Assembly: GCA_048013815.1 (NCBI GenBank)
Contig: CM106585.1
Coordinates: forward strand, 10,912,001-10,976,000
Direction of reading: 5' to 3'
DNA: 64,000 nucleotides
From: Setoptus koraiensis
Lineage: Eukaryota; Animalia; Arthropoda
Numbering within the stretch: the first letter of the stretch is position 1; every line of letters begins with the position of its first letter. The notes under the pieces were generated by a model. That model had not been told where the DNA came from and searched no databases. It saw nothing but the letters and a program-made list of their open reading frames with translations. The position numbers and the translations under genes were made by a program. Of this stretch, positions 21,603 to 35,321 are shown one piece after another.

Positions 21603-22661
21603 TCACAATTGTGGCCCACTCTGAGTGGCATTGTTTTGTTGACGCTTCTCAACAATTGTGTCCTCATTTTTCGATTCATTTGTGGCACTTGGGGGAGTGG
21701 CCTCGTTCTTGGGTTCATTTGTGACAATTGTAGTAGTGGCATTCTTGGGTGCTTCTGTGACATCTGTAACAGTGGCGTTGAGTGGTGTCAATATATACTT
21801 TTTGGTCATAAACATGACATTATCTCCCACATGTTTACTAACAACTGTTTTGCGCAAATATTTCTCACCATCTATCTCAACAACGTCCTCTTTGGACTCT
21901 GTTTTCATTTCCGGTTTTGTTTCAGTCGAGTTGGTTGTTGTCGGTGATGCATTTGGAGAGAAAGGTGAGGGACCAAAATCGCCAGATTGATTGGCGCGAG
22001 CAGATAGAACCTGATGGAGTAGATCCAACATAAGTTGATGAGGATCAAACGCTCGCAATACAGAGTCTGGATTTGAATCTGCTTTGCTCACGTCTGGGCG
22101 ACTCTCTTCTTCTCTTTCCACGGTACTTGTGACGTTTGTAGCCTCATTGTTGTTGTCGTTGTCTTGTGTATTGTCATCTGGTCTAGTTTCGTCACCGTTG
22201 AACATATCGGCAAATATGGACCTGAATGGTGATGGTCTCAATAATACAAATGGATGCATGTGGCCCGATTCAACAGGTTGTAGTCTTTGTCTGTTATCAC
22301 TCATGAGAGAGTCCCATGGTTGTTGTGGCGTCAATCTTGTTTGCATTGGATCTGAATATATCCAGAGTCGTCTGATGGCCAGGCCTGGCATTGATTCTGG
22401 CGTTGAGTCTTTGTTGTTGTCGTTGTCAATGGTTGCTTTCTTGTTGTCTTTTAGCAATGATTGTTTGTCCTGATTGTTGGGTGAAACGAGATTGCTCGAT
22501 GGTTCTGCCGATCCCAAATCAATGTCGTATTTTGGTCCGGAATTGTCGCCAGTGACCGGCGACAAGACGGGCGGCGAGTTGGTGTCCGTTGGGAGGCCCG
22601 TCGTTAGCGCCAGCGAGCAAACAAGCATCGAGCCGGCTAATAGCACTAATTGTTTAGCCAT
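21603..22661 (-). CDS. Secreted low-complexity Asn/Asp/Thr-rich protein (~352 aa), weakly icarapin-like C-terminal module
   Basis: ATG at 22661; signal peptide MAKQLVLLAGSMLVCSLALTTG; several N-X-S/T sequons; beta-rich segment VVEIDGEKYLRKTVVSKHVGDNVMFMTKKYILTPLNAT. Confidence 0.7.
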   Translation of the reverse strand: MAKQLVLLAGSMLVCSLALTTGLPTDTNSPPVLSPVTGDNSGPKYDIDLGSAEPSSNLVSPNNQDKQSLLKDNKKATIDNDNNKDSTPESMPGLAIRRLWIYSDPMQTRLTPQQPWDSLMSDNRQRLQPVESGHMHPFVLLRPSPFRSIFADMFNGDETRPDDNTQDNDNNNEATNVTSTVEREEESRPDVSKADSNPDSVLRAFDPHQLMLDLLHQVLSARANQSGDFGPSPFSPNASPTTTNSTETKPEMKTESKEDVVEIDGEKYLRKTVVSKHVGDNVMFMTKKYILTPLNATVTDVTEAPKNATTTIVTNEPKNEATPPSATNESKNEDTIVEKRQQNNATQSGPQL

Positions 22662-22839
22662 GATTGTTGTATGAGTGTGAGTATGTAATATGTAATGTAT
22701 CAATTGTTGTATGTTGTTGTGATTTAATCAATTATTATTGGGCGATGTTGACGCGACAGTGAGAGAATTGATACTGGCACCTCTGCGGCCAATTGTATCA
22801 ACTTTTATATATAATATTTGTGTCTAGTGATGGATTTTC

Positions 22840-23270
22840 TGTGTGTGAGTGTGTGTGTGTGTGTGTGATGACGTAGAATAGATTGCAAGATGTACCAAGC
22901 AGAAGGCGACCGACGACAACAACAACAATAAAATATTTAATTCGATAAATCCTTCTTGTTACGCTTCCTTCCCTTCTCGTGCCCCCCCCCCCCGTTTTGA
23001 GATTGCTGCTTTCATTGCGCGCTCCCCCCCCCCCACTCTTCACATTCTATTGTCTGGGCAGAGACGCTAGGGGAGAGACTGCATACAGTGTATAGTTGCT
23101 GTTGTGATTCGCACAGCAAGACACAACCATTCGCCAGCGAACTAATGGCGCCACTCGATGGGGGAAGACACAAACGCAATCAACTTCTTCAAGCGCACTC
23201 ACTTGCATGCCACACACACACACACACACACACACTGCAACCGACTTGCGCACACACACACACACACAAC
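22840..23270. repeat. Microsatellite cluster: (GT)n, two C-tracts, (CA)n
   Basis: (GT)n ~22842-22867; C runs at ~22982-22993 and ~23024-23034; (CA)n ~23211-23267. Confidence 0.85.
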
Positions 23271-25901
23271 AGTTTACATCAACAACAGCAGCGACATTAG
23301 CGCACAACCACTTACATCAACAGTTGACGATCAGGTTGCATCAAGCCGCAAGTTGCAGCCTGCAACCACTTGTGTATCAGTGCAACACCATTACGGCTGC
23401 TGATGAGGGTCCATGGTTGTGGAAACAACAACAACAACCACAGCAAACAGTCACTCTTGTTCTAGAAGTTTCGCTCGCTTGCTTGTGTGTATAAAAATGT
23501 AATTAGCGATCGCATATTTACTATAGATTCTACAGTGTAGATACTGCTCGTTGGGCCCGCTTGACTCGAGCGGCTTGAGGGCCAATGTAGCTGCTGTGTG
23601 TAAAAGCGCCAGGCATCAGCTATTATATCACGTGATGTGTAAATATTGTAATCTGTGTGTATGTGTTAGACAATAGCATAGGATAATCAGTTGGCTGTCA
23701 TGAGCATTCAATTCTCTCATGTACATTGAGACAGTATATGGAGATTGAAATCTCTCTTCGCCGGAGTGTTGCCGGATCATTGCAGTGCATCATCATCCAT
23801 GTTGTCCATTTCATTATCTCTGATTTATCATCTGCAACATACTCTTGGTGATGCTCTTCGCGGAATTGCCAACCACCCTGACGAGCACATCACAAAGCAG
23901 AATACTGAGAAAATCGTTATGCTATCCATCTCGGTACACATAAACATTACACAGATTACTCACATTCATATATAACATCCATGAAATTCCCATTACCATT
24001 TCCTGCCCCATTGATTACATGATGAATCACAGTTTGTGAAATAAACGCTCTTGTCGTCGCAGCTTGCAAGTTGTTAGTCGGTTGTTGTTGTTGTTGTAGT
24101 GGTGGTTGTCAACTTAGCGAGACGCCGCCATTACAACAGCAACAAAAACCTAATGTCTTCCAATTGAAACAAATAAATGAAAGTGTCGTACTAGCAAATA
24201 GAACAATGACATATCAGATTGAGAGAACAACGACAATCATTTTTATTTATAACAAATGCATGGAGCAATATTTCTATTACAATTATTCTAATTAGCCGAT
24301 AGGTAGACAGTGACGGGAAATGATAATGAAGCGTCTTGTTACAGCTTGCTTTTCATCCGTGCAACTGCATGCACGCATATGGAATATTTTCCATAGGCAC
24401 AATTTATGTATCTTGTAGGCTACAAGTTGTAGCTGTGGCAGCAGTTGCTGTTATTGTCTAGTAGTCTACTGATTATTTCTAAACTATAGATAATAATAAA
24501 ATCTATCTGCCACCCACTAACTTGTATGAACACGAACATATTTCATGTGTGGTATGGGTCTATTTACTAGTTTTCAACAGACATCTATGCATCCCACAAT
24601 GCAATTACTGTCACTAATCATGTATTCAACAGTTACATGAAATTCACTCCACTTTGACATCTCACTCGACATATACTGATACACTGATACATAAGTCCCT
24701 TTTCTAACAAACATAGCCATCCCAATGTTAGTTTGAAAGATATTCCGAGAAATGTGTCACGATTGAATAGGCAAATTGTTTCTAATGTTTTCCACTAGAT
24801 AACTACTGGTAGCATTTCCATAGTAAGCTGCTATAACTCTTGATTAATACCACTTAGATAAGGGCTGCTACTGCGGACATTGCATCCATTAAAGTCAATT
24901 TGCTGCATATCAAAAACTCAGTATAATGCTGTAGACACTATTTGGGACAATCTTTTCCTTAGTACTGATGATTCATAAGTAGTGACAGTACATAGGACAA
25001 TACAGCATGACTAGATTGGTGCCGATCTATACAAACCACCACTTGTCATCTTTATACTACACTGTATACTACTGCCGATGCCTGCCTCAATCATATCTGA
25101 ATGTATGATAATTTTATGTTTAGATACCATTTTTAACTGATACTTAAAGTCACTGATGACTCACTGATTTCTAATTGATAATAATTGTGGAGCAACCATG
25201 CTAAAAAGCAACTCTCCCATATGTTATTGGACAATAATATGAGAAGTGCTCATTACCTATTGGCGACATATCCATTCGCAACAGCTCTGGGTTGCACCAT
25301 TTATGGCCTTGTGTAGATTAGTGTCCCTCGATCCCGATAACAAGTTCTCTTTGTCGATCGCATCTGCTGCATATGTCATTGGACAAAAATTAGGATTAAT
25401 CAACTGAACCATATGATTGATAATGATTTTGGGTCTAGGTCGCAATCACTTTCCAGCACTGGTAACATCGTCGCTTCACAACAAATTCACAAATATCAAA
25501 GCTATAGAACCATTATATCCAAGCTTATCAACGAACAGAGCGATGTGTCACCCTCAATCAGTCCCGATGGAACAGTAGGCGAGAAGATAATCATGTTACT
25601 AGTAATTATCTTAATGTTGATCATGCATCATCTGCTATATTAGAACTACTGTTCCCATTATCTATGATTATGTCGAGCTATGAATAAACTTGTCTATGAC
25701 TAGCGATGTTTGAAGCATCATGATGCCACTTTTTCTCGGGGACCTCACTAGGCTTCGAAAATCAATTTTATATCTTGCAAGACCAGAATACTTTTCCGAC
25801 TTTAGAATTTTATTTAATGGTTAACATATGAAAGCTCTATGTTGCTGATGATTCTAGTTAAACATTGCAACAACTGCCTGATGACACAATGATCGCCTCA
25901 C

Positions 25902-25915
25902 CCACTAGATGTCGC
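25902..25915 (+). promoter_or_regulatory. Candidate CTCF-type site upstream of WDR61
   Basis: CCACTAGATGTCGC fits the arthropod CTCF core (CACYAGRTGKCGC) and lies ~210 bp upstream of the ATG. Motif match only. Confidence 0.35.
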
Positions 25916-26127
25916 TGACAAAATTTTTTCAAGCCGAAAAAAAAAACCGAATGCGCCGTTTTGATCCGGCACCTGGTCACCACGTTTAGCAAATTACCGG
26001 CTAATTATCCACGTATGACATGAAACTGTTTATCAAAATCAACAACAAGGAACTTATTACAATTGCTAAGGAGCAAACAGCCTGGACAAAGACTATTTCA
26101 GATCAGATTTGATTCTCTTTTTTCCCA

Positions 26128-27244
26128 ATGGGTAGCTATTCTGTTTTGAAGAGACAAGAACAGGCTCACGATGATAGTATATGGACCTGCGCTTGGGCCT
26201 CACCAAATTGTTTCATCACTGGGAGTTTAGATAATTCTGCCAAAGTATGGAACCTTTATTGTGCAGGTGAAACTAGGCTAGTTAACAAATTCGTATTCGA
26301 GGGACACACATTGGGTGTTGTATCAGTGGACGTCAGCCATGATGGTAAGATAGTAGCAACGTCTTCCCTGGACAGCAAAATAAGATTGTTCGATCTGGAC
26401 AAGGAATCCGAGCTCAGAACTATTGATCCAGGACCCATTGATGCATGGACCATCAAATTCTCACCAGACGGCAAATCAATAGCAACAGGAAACTATTCAG
26501 GAAAGATTAACTTGTTCGACAGTGAAAGTGGAGAGAGCAAACCCGTAACACAGTTTGATGCAGGCAAGTTTGCCCACTCGTTAGACTTCGTAAGTAATCG
26601 AAATTCATTAGCAATAACATTCTACTAGATTTTTCCGAAACCTTTGACATATATCTACGACTTACACCATCTGATGGCATCTTTTGATCATCTACAGAGC
26701 CCCGACGGTAAATTCCTTGCAGCAGGAACACAGGAAGGAATGATTAAAGTTTTTGATCTCACAAATGAAAGGTTGATATTCACATCTGAGGCTCACGCGC
26801 TGCCGGTTAGAGCTCTCGCTTTTTCGCCAGATTCCAAGTTCCTGTTAACAGGCTGCGACGACTCTCAGATAAAGATCCATCAGCTTGAAAAGGCTGACCA
26901 GATAAAGACAATATCCGGCCATGGTTCATGGGTTCTGGATGTCTCCTTCTCACCGGACGGATTACATTTTGCCTCATGGTAGGTGTCGCATGCGTTTTGA
27001 CGTGCCGCATTACCGAACAGGTTTACAGAATCACTAATTTTTTATAATTCTACACACCCCTCTTTCACCATTCAGTTCCTCAGACAAAAAGGTCAAAATA
27101 TGGGACTTCAACACTCACGAGTGTATACAGACTTTCGAGCAGCACACAAATATGGTTACCAGTGTGAAGTACAACCAGACCGGAACAAAGTTGGCGTCTG
27201 TCTCTGCGGATTCCTCAATTGTCATATATGATCACACGAAATAA
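26128..27244 (+). CDS. WDR61: WD40 protein WDR61/SKI8; exons 26128-26589, 26698-26978, 27076-27244
   Basis: AHDDSIWTCAW, TGSLD..KVW, GHTLGVVSVD, PGPIDAWTIKFSPDG, AHALPVRALAFSPDS, GHGSWVLDVSFSPDG.HFASCSSDKKVKIWD. GT-AG junctions keep the frame. Confidence 0.93.
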
Positions 27245-27387
27245 ACAACCCCCTCTTTTTAAAGATTGATGAATCTTGCCATGTGTACGTAAGACCATGG
27301 TTGGCTAATCGCTAGATGATGTACCATGTAAATGATATGGTTGATTTTTATTATAATTAGGTTTATTTGGTAACAAGCCTACATTGT

Positions 27388-28033
27388 TTACGGCTGTTTC
27401 TTCCTGAAAGAGCATCCATCCTTCAACCTAGCCTTTCCTCCTGTTGGGGTGCACAAGATTGTGGAACAACCCTTGCACGGCACCATCATCTGAGCATGGC
27501 TGAAAACAGTTGTGATTTTTAGGCAACCTAAAATGAGATAATTCAACAATAATGAGGTGATAATGGTGAGAATTAGTCACATGATACATGAATGTGTGAG
27601 CATCATCGAAATGCAGTGAGCACAGTAGTATTTATTCTCATATCGTTGGTGCATTAAGAGAAAACTAGAAAGATGTGACTAGATCGTTTACACAATGGGC
27701 AGAATATCTATTCAACGCCAATGGTTGATCGAATGTTGGAAGTTCTGGTGTGTTCTCGTACCTGGGCATTTTACATCCATGAAATAGGAGTTAGGGTGCT
27801 GGACCAGCCTTTTCAATTTGCATTTTCGCCTTTCAGCATCTAATGATGGATGTAGTAGATCCTTAGCCAACTGTTTGTGGAGATGGGATGAGAAAATATT
27901 TTGATAGGTTAGTTCCGAGCGATTCAGTGAATTGTATTATTTTATACTGGTTAGGTTATCTAGGTGCAAAACAACATGGATGATATTTCTCGAGAGTGTT
28001 AACAGTCGTTATACTTACAGTATTTGAAGACAT
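27388..28033 (-). CDS. RPS27: 40S ribosomal protein S27; exons 28033-28019 (tentative), 27870-27762, 27527-27388
   Basis: Hand translation: (MSSNT)[37 protein letters not shown]|[45 protein letters not shown]. Absent from the ORF track because the exons are short. Confidence 0.93.
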
Positions 28034-29052
28034 TCTGTTGTTTCTAGTGATTACTGTTTTCTATTCAGCAATTTATAATTATATATTACGCTAGTTTACG
28101 AGCGCGACGACCAAGCTTATTGAGATTCAAATACTTGTCTAATGTGTCGTAATTGAATCTGGTTGGAGTATATATATTATATGATTGATTTAATTAAATA
28201 ATAATAATTAGGGACCTTTTTTCGTTCTTTCTAATGTAATAATGTCTGATAGTAAAACCTACTTATGGTCATTGTTGAAGAGATAGAGAGAAGAAAATTT
28301 TGTAAATCACCAGCAGCGTTCGTCTCATGCTGCTTCCGCTAAACAAGCGTTTTGCGCACGCTCTCGATTCGATCCATTCGTGAGCGCCAAATTCAAACCT
28401 AAAAAATTGCAGCGGTACCCCGGGGTATCCTCGCTGTGCCCTTTGTGCCACTTTATTCCAACACGGTTTCACAGAGCGTTCTTCCTGCAGATACCCTGAT
28501 ACACTTGAAAATTGTGTGTGTGTGTCTTCAATAGCACACACACACACGGCAGCCGGCTCACAATGATTTCGCATATAATTTCACTGAGAGAGGGCGCTTT
28601 TACCGGCAAACATGCTAGCCTCATTGCAACTAACGTGGTGGCTATGTAACAACTGTCAAAGTGATACACGGTCGCCCACATGCCGTCGCAACCAACAGAG
28701 CATATGGCCCGCCAGTGTTTTTCATTAATATCAATCTATTACGCAACAGCAACAACATGTTTGTTTATCGATACTTATTTATTATTTTAATTGTTTACAC
28801 TTTTGCTCACATCGATATCGAGGAAATAATATATTATTACTAACACATTACTGTTAGTTGGTATACATCTCGTGTTACTATCAACAACGTGAACGAACAA
28901 GTGCTGTTATGATCAAATCATGGAAACATAAAAAAGAACACAAGTGAAACTTGTTGTTGTTGGTGTTACTCTTAAGCTGAACTCTTCAACTGATCCAAGT
29001 AGGACGTCTCAAATAGTGGCAGTTATAACTTAGAATTTATCGCAATGCCTCT

Positions 29053-29784
29053 TTAGGCTTTAGCAGCACCGGCCTTCTTGGCGTAATCAGCCTCCTCGTG
29101 ATGCATCTCTCCTGAATAATCGGCTGGCGCTGGATGAGCAACTTCGTTGGAAGCCGATGCATAGTGGCTTCCGTAACTGGGCTCAGGATGGTACTGGGGA
29201 GCGGGAGGTGCACTGTATCGAGGTGCCGGTTGTGGACGATATCCGTGTTGTTGTTTGCTCTGTGGGTATGGGCTGTAGCCAGAATGTTGTGGCGCGTCCT
29301 GGTATTGGGGCTGCTCGTATGAGGGTGCATAACTAGCTGGTTGATGATATTGAGGCTTGGGTGGCTGGTAACTAGGCTGGTAACTAGGTGCGTAGCTTGG
29401 CTCGTATTTGGGGTAGTAGTTGTCGTATTGCGAGTGTTTCTGCAATGGTTGATTTGTTAGTATTTGGTTCAATTGAACATTGAGTTCATAGATGGATGAA
29501 ATAGAGATTAGTGTGTTAGTAGCGTCAGTTTATCAGTGTCATATCTAGAGACATAGTCAACAGAAGACAATACGTACGGCCCACGATGGTGCTCTGTATT
29601 CATAGCTAGGAGCTTGGTATCCGTATGAGGGCTTCTCGTAGCTTGGTGCTGGGTAGTATTTCGGAGGCGGCGGTGGTGGTTGGTAGTATGAACTGCCGTA
29701 TGGACTGGCCAAGACAATGGTCAGCAAGCTGGCGAACAGGAGAGCAGCAACTGCTGTAGATAGCTGATGACACAATAGTGACAT
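29053..29784 (-). CDS. Secreted Tyr/Pro/Ser/Gln-rich structural (cuticle-like) protein, ~197 aa; exons 29784-29578, 29439-29053
   Basis: Signal peptide; repeats PSYE/PSYQ/PSYA. Phase-0 intron GTACGT...CTAAC...TTGCAG. Confidence 0.75.
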
Positions 29785-32700
29785 AGTCGTATTATTGAGC
29801 GAGAAGAAAGTGAGATATGCTGATGAGACTGTCTGTGGTGGTAGGATGACAAATTAAATTAGTTCATTGTTTAGCTTTCACTTACATGTTTTGAAGACAT
29901 TCTGAACAATGTTCGAAAAGTTTCACTACTAAGTTGGTTACTATGGATGATGATTCAATGTTTAACTTGATTTGTTGTTGTTGTTGTTGTTGTTGGCGAG
30001 CTCGTAGTTAAATGATGTGTTCAACTAAAGCGCGTTCTCTCTTTTATACCCGTTCGTCTTTAAACTGACTCAGTACACTGTCTCAGGTCATTGTTATAGG
30101 AAGTAATTGTAAATCACCTAATTGCCTGATGACTAGCACTGACTAATTTCTTGTTTGTAGTCAAATATTCATGATAATCTGTTTTGCGCCCATTAGAATG
30201 GGTGTGCATTTTGAAAGTCGCCATCGCTGACCACAAAGTTAAATAATCTTAAAAATAGAATAGAAAGCAAGAGATAATCTTGCTGGGAGGGTGTGCTGAT
30301 GACACGCCTATCATCGCTGTCGTTACACAACCAGATATCAAGCAACCAAAAAGTATTATATAACAGTTGAAAGGCATGCAGTCTAGCTAAATGGCTACAG
30401 GCTAGGCGACCGGCTGAAGTGTTTAAGTGGTCTAATGATGGCGAAATTTTCTCAAGAGAGATAGCTGATTCATGTATCTTAAGTAGCTTGTGCAAAACTG
30501 TTATTTGGTAAAGGTCCTGCTCACTATCTATCCGTTATCTAACACCAGACAAGCAGTCAGAGAAAAAGAGCCAGTCTCCGGCCAGTCATGAACAGACAAT
30601 ACAATTCAATAATTTACACTCTTGCTCTCGTTCATTTCAATGTCTCCGCCAATGACCATGAGCTAGTTCATTTAAGCAGAAATTCGTGATAATGGGTAGA
30701 GCTTTTGTTGTCATAGTCCGTACTCTCTGATATAATAATGGATTTGTGAATATTGAGCACTGTTACACCGACGCCAGTGACGCTCCCATTTTTTTCATTC
30801 AACACCGACCACGACAGAGATGACGACAACAACAACGACGGCAATGGCGACTTATTACGTAATAATAACATAACAAGGTAATAACCTCAATTGTAACTGT
30901 TGTTGTGCAACAAAAATACGTTTAGTTGCTCGCTACTTTCACTGAATTAGACGAGTTGTTTTGATTGAAATGGTCAGTGACGCAGTGATTATCATCATTT
31001 GAGCATAAAAGCCAAACAATGTTGCAGTTGCAAATGTTTTACCATTTCTTCTTCTCACATAATTTTGCCTTCAGTGGATCAATTGGTATATCTCGTTCTT
31101 TTGTATAGAGAGATAATTATGTGACTTGTTTAGCCGTTTTTTTTTCTGAAAAGCTCGTCGCCTCATGCTGAGCACTCTTTCTCTCTCTTTATGGCAGTTC
31201 AATGTATCTATAAGTGTATGTGAAAGCAACTTGAAGAATGAAAAATGGATTATGGTAAAGATAAACCAACTCTAATTGTCGTCCAATCAAGTTAATGTTA
31301 ATTGCTTCGGAGGTGGTCTACTAGTCAACCTCATTAAACCTTGGTACACGACTTGCGACGACAATATATTATCATTGTTGTTGTTATTATTATTATTGTT
31401 ATTATTATATTATGCAAAGTTGATTATCATGGTTACTATTTCATCATATTAGTGATTGTCCGCACAAGCGAGAATTCGGTAGATTTTGAACGAGATTCCT
31501 TGACTCACTCCTAACACATTTTCAATTATCTTTTAGTCTTTCAATAAGATATAATATGGTACTATTAGAGAATAATAGAGATTATATTTAGAATGAACGA
31601 AAATACCGTTTGATTGGTCTTGAGCCATAATGTCGATCACAAGGAAAATCTAACAGTTCAAACTTTTTCCAACCAATGTCAATCTTTCATCAACCAAAAA
31701 AGCACTCAGCGAACTCTTTTTCTTCAAGCCACAATTCTCTCAAAAGGCACCCAGCACAGTAGGTCTACAGAAAGTTACTTCAAAAATGATATTTGCAAAG
31801 ATACGATGATATTTGAGTGGACCATACAACAACTACCATCAAATCTGTGTGATCAATCACCATCGTTGCGGATCCCAATCACTCATTAGTATCTGGTGAT
31901 GATTTCTTAAATATTCATACGTTTTTTTCCGAAACTCCTCCTAACCCAATCTGACCGATTAGTATATGATGCAAAAAAGACAACCAACAACAAACATGTT
32001 AAATCGTTGAGCTGAGCAAATTGGAAAACGAATGTTTCACTCATGTTATTCGCTAGTCCCAAACTCATGTCTCGTCTCATATCAATAGGATAGCATTCAT
32101 CAATTGAGTAGCCACAGATAATGTGGTCAGAGCATTGATAGCCTCGAATGAGTTTGAGGCAGACATGAGATTGAGACAATATGAGTAACAAAATCTCGCG
32201 GATGAAACGAATATCACTAATTATTATCGATAGCTTTGTTACCTTGGACTGTCGCTAGTTCAAACGACCAAATTATTTTATACTACATTCTCTGTGACAG
32301 GAAGCTGAGCCTGGTGTCAAGCCAGACTTCGTCTAAATCGACGCCCTAGGTTTCGTTATGACATACTGCAGATGATCTCCACCCCAATATGTTTACCCTC
32401 TGGAATTGTGGGCTTGGCGAAAGGTTAAATGCAGAATTGACAGTCTGTAGACGTGAAAAGTATTGAGGGTAAGAAAAGTTTCGGAATGTTTTTCAGAGAC
32501 TTATGCGCTAAGTCAATTATTATGTTTAGTGATATTACACCGGAGCTTGCCTCAATACAGCACCAGGATTCTAAAACAAATTCCATCCATTTTTGTGATC
32601 ATTTTTTGAATCGGGCTGTACTTGAAAGGCAGCAAATATCACTCGAGTTTGTTAGATGGCCACATTCTGCATTCCATTGAACAATTGTGGGACCCCGATA

Positions 32701-35321
32701 TTCAGATCCTCTGTCTGTTTGCCTTTCCAACCTACCCTGTTGTAGAAACCCAAATATACCTCTTTATCTGAAGCATCACCAAAAGTAAGATTAATATGTG
32801 AGTAACTAAAGAGGCGACAGATGGGCTAGAGTTGTTTCAAACGTTATCCCATTATGAACTAAAAATCTGCACTCCTCTACCATCGAAGTAGTTCCGGCTG
32901 GGCCTCTGAAGATTTTTTGATCTCGATTCAACAATTAGTCTACCTTCGATTTAGTATCCAGACTAGTGTTTATACCGACCAGTGTGTCTGTTAGAAACTA
33001 AGCTTGATACAGATTAGTGGAAAGATAATACATAAATGGTATAGAGATTTTCGTATAACGATAACATCAGGTAATAAGTTGGTGGTATAAGTTTAGTAGC
33101 TCATGCTCGAATGAGCTCAACCGTTCTTTATCAAAATCTATCTAGTCTATGTAACGAGTGGTGATAATGATATTGACTAGACCTTGATTGATCACATTCA
33201 GTATAGTTATGCGATTAATTAATTAATGCCCACCTGGTTATGAGGAAAACATTGTTAGAACTGATTCCAATCTTTTGTCAACTAGAAAAACATTGATTGA
33301 GCTGACTGGCAATGTTACTCGAATCCAATGAAAACTGGTGCTGACTTAGCATGCAAATGTCGTCTAGACTTGATAACGAATGCAACACTAATTAAAATTC
33401 ATCTGTACATACCTGTTGACTAAGATATGACTTGGCTAAACGAGTGCGTTCTTATATCGAAGCTTCTTTACAGAGATGTACTCGACGAACTATTCTAAAC
33501 AATATTGAGTGAATAATTTTATCAACAACGAATGATCAAATATCTACATAACAAGTCGATGCTATCAGAGACAATCAGATCGACCAACAATAATCCAGCT
33601 AGCACTAGCAAAATCGACAAAACTCATTCGCGTCGCTCAATTATGAACATCATGATATTTGCAGGTAGATCATAATGAACTGAGATTTAAATTGTTCGAT
33701 CAATCATTGTGAATCATTGCAATCATTCATCGCCAGTGTGATGATTTGCCAGGCGTCCATATAAACGCCGATGACTTTTTGCGAACTTAAACCTACCCGA
33801 TCGTAGATGATACGAAACGTGACAACAACTAACTAACTAGGTTGATCAGATTGGCAAACTGGATGTTTGAGCGTCAGTCGTAGCCTCGATTTACAGCAGT
33901 GTCACAGCTAGTTGTCAGTCGAATATCTGTAATGAAAACTTTGCATAGCAGTTCAATATTTGGCGCCTCAAAACATCCCCTGACAAAGTTTTGCTATTAT
34001 TTTGAGCCGGCAATCGATTTCACAATTGTTTTATTCATTGTAAGATACAACTGACGGCCGACAAGTGCTTTCTGCTCACTGATCAGCCTCACACAGCGAC
34101 ACACGCGGATAGTCACGGATTTTCCTTTTCTCAGTTTGTACTGTTATTGATTGTATACTAAATTCTAACAGCGTTTTGCTGTATTTTTCGATTATTATGT
34201 AAGTCAGTCTTCAACTTAGACCTGACAGTAGTAGTTATCTGCTATGTTGTTGTTTAAGTTGATTAAGTTTTAGTTTGATATACGTTGCAAGTGCAAAGTG
34301 GGTCTATAATTAGAAAAGTGCCAGTGCATGTGAATAACTGGGCCAAAAGATGATAGAGACGATAACCAGTGGCACTCAAGTGTGATATCATACTATACTA
34401 CAACAAGTACGATACAGCCGAGATAGTATAGATCAGCATCGGCTCAAGTATACTTGAGCGGGCCTGTAAGCCAGCCTAGCGGACTAGATATTGTCATGTC
34501 AGGGTTAGGATAATTTCTCCTATTATTCAGGAAATTGTGACATGCGACACAATTGCCTTAAGGCCTACAGAGCCGATTATCTCGAAGCTAAAATGATAAG
34601 ATTCGGGGGAGAATTCTCGCTAAATCAACTGTTTCAACAGTCCAAATGAAGTCTAATGATCATTAATGCACGACAATAACGATTATAACGTTAGATTATA
34701 ACGTATTTACAATTGTTAATGTTTACGTGCGTCAGTTTACACATACATAATAATAATAACAACAAAAATACATGTAATACTAATACAGTATCCGCCTGTC
34801 ACGATATTTTTTTTATTATTAATGTCGCCTAAGTACATTTGCTACACTTGCGCTCTACTTACTAGGCTCACGCACCATGTGTGATATACATACTCCATTT
34901 CAAACGCTAAGCTAACAACAACGACAACATCAGTAACAACGAAAACGCATCTACTTGAAACAATCGTCGTTTTTGCGGTTACATAATATTACTATTATAT
35001 ATATATAAACATAATATAATTCCCAACGAGATATCTTAGTGTATTAATATTAAGGCCAATTAAATTATACCAGCCAGCAAGCGAGCATGTCATATAGGGA
35101 TTGAAAAATCACAGACTGTAATCTAGATCAATCTATAACCATGTAGCAAATAACCACTTATTGAAAGCCTACACTCATCACATCTACACACCCTTATATA
35201 TACAGATATTGTTGATATATCTCCATATATATACAAATATATTTGTATATTGCAAACTGGTGATAGGTAGTCGTCGTTGTCATATAATATAAATATCAGC
35301 CGTATTAGTACCTTAGTCACA

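Noticed and set aside
23500-25700. Possible coding remnants between the secreted orphan and WDR61
   Set aside because: Hand translation of the parts examined gave frequent stops and no recognisable motif.
28416-28427. Perfect 12-bp palindrome TACCCCGGGGTA as an ncRNA or terminator hairpin
   Set aside because: It is too short and isolated, and is expected by chance in 64 kb.
29800-35300. Possible genes in the 5.5-kb gap before GCLC, e.g. the minus-strand segment ..YSHINLTFGDASDKEVYLGFYNRVGWKG.. near 32650-32820
   Set aside because: Only short stop-bounded frames without recognisable motifs were found; I could not support a gene or pseudogene call.
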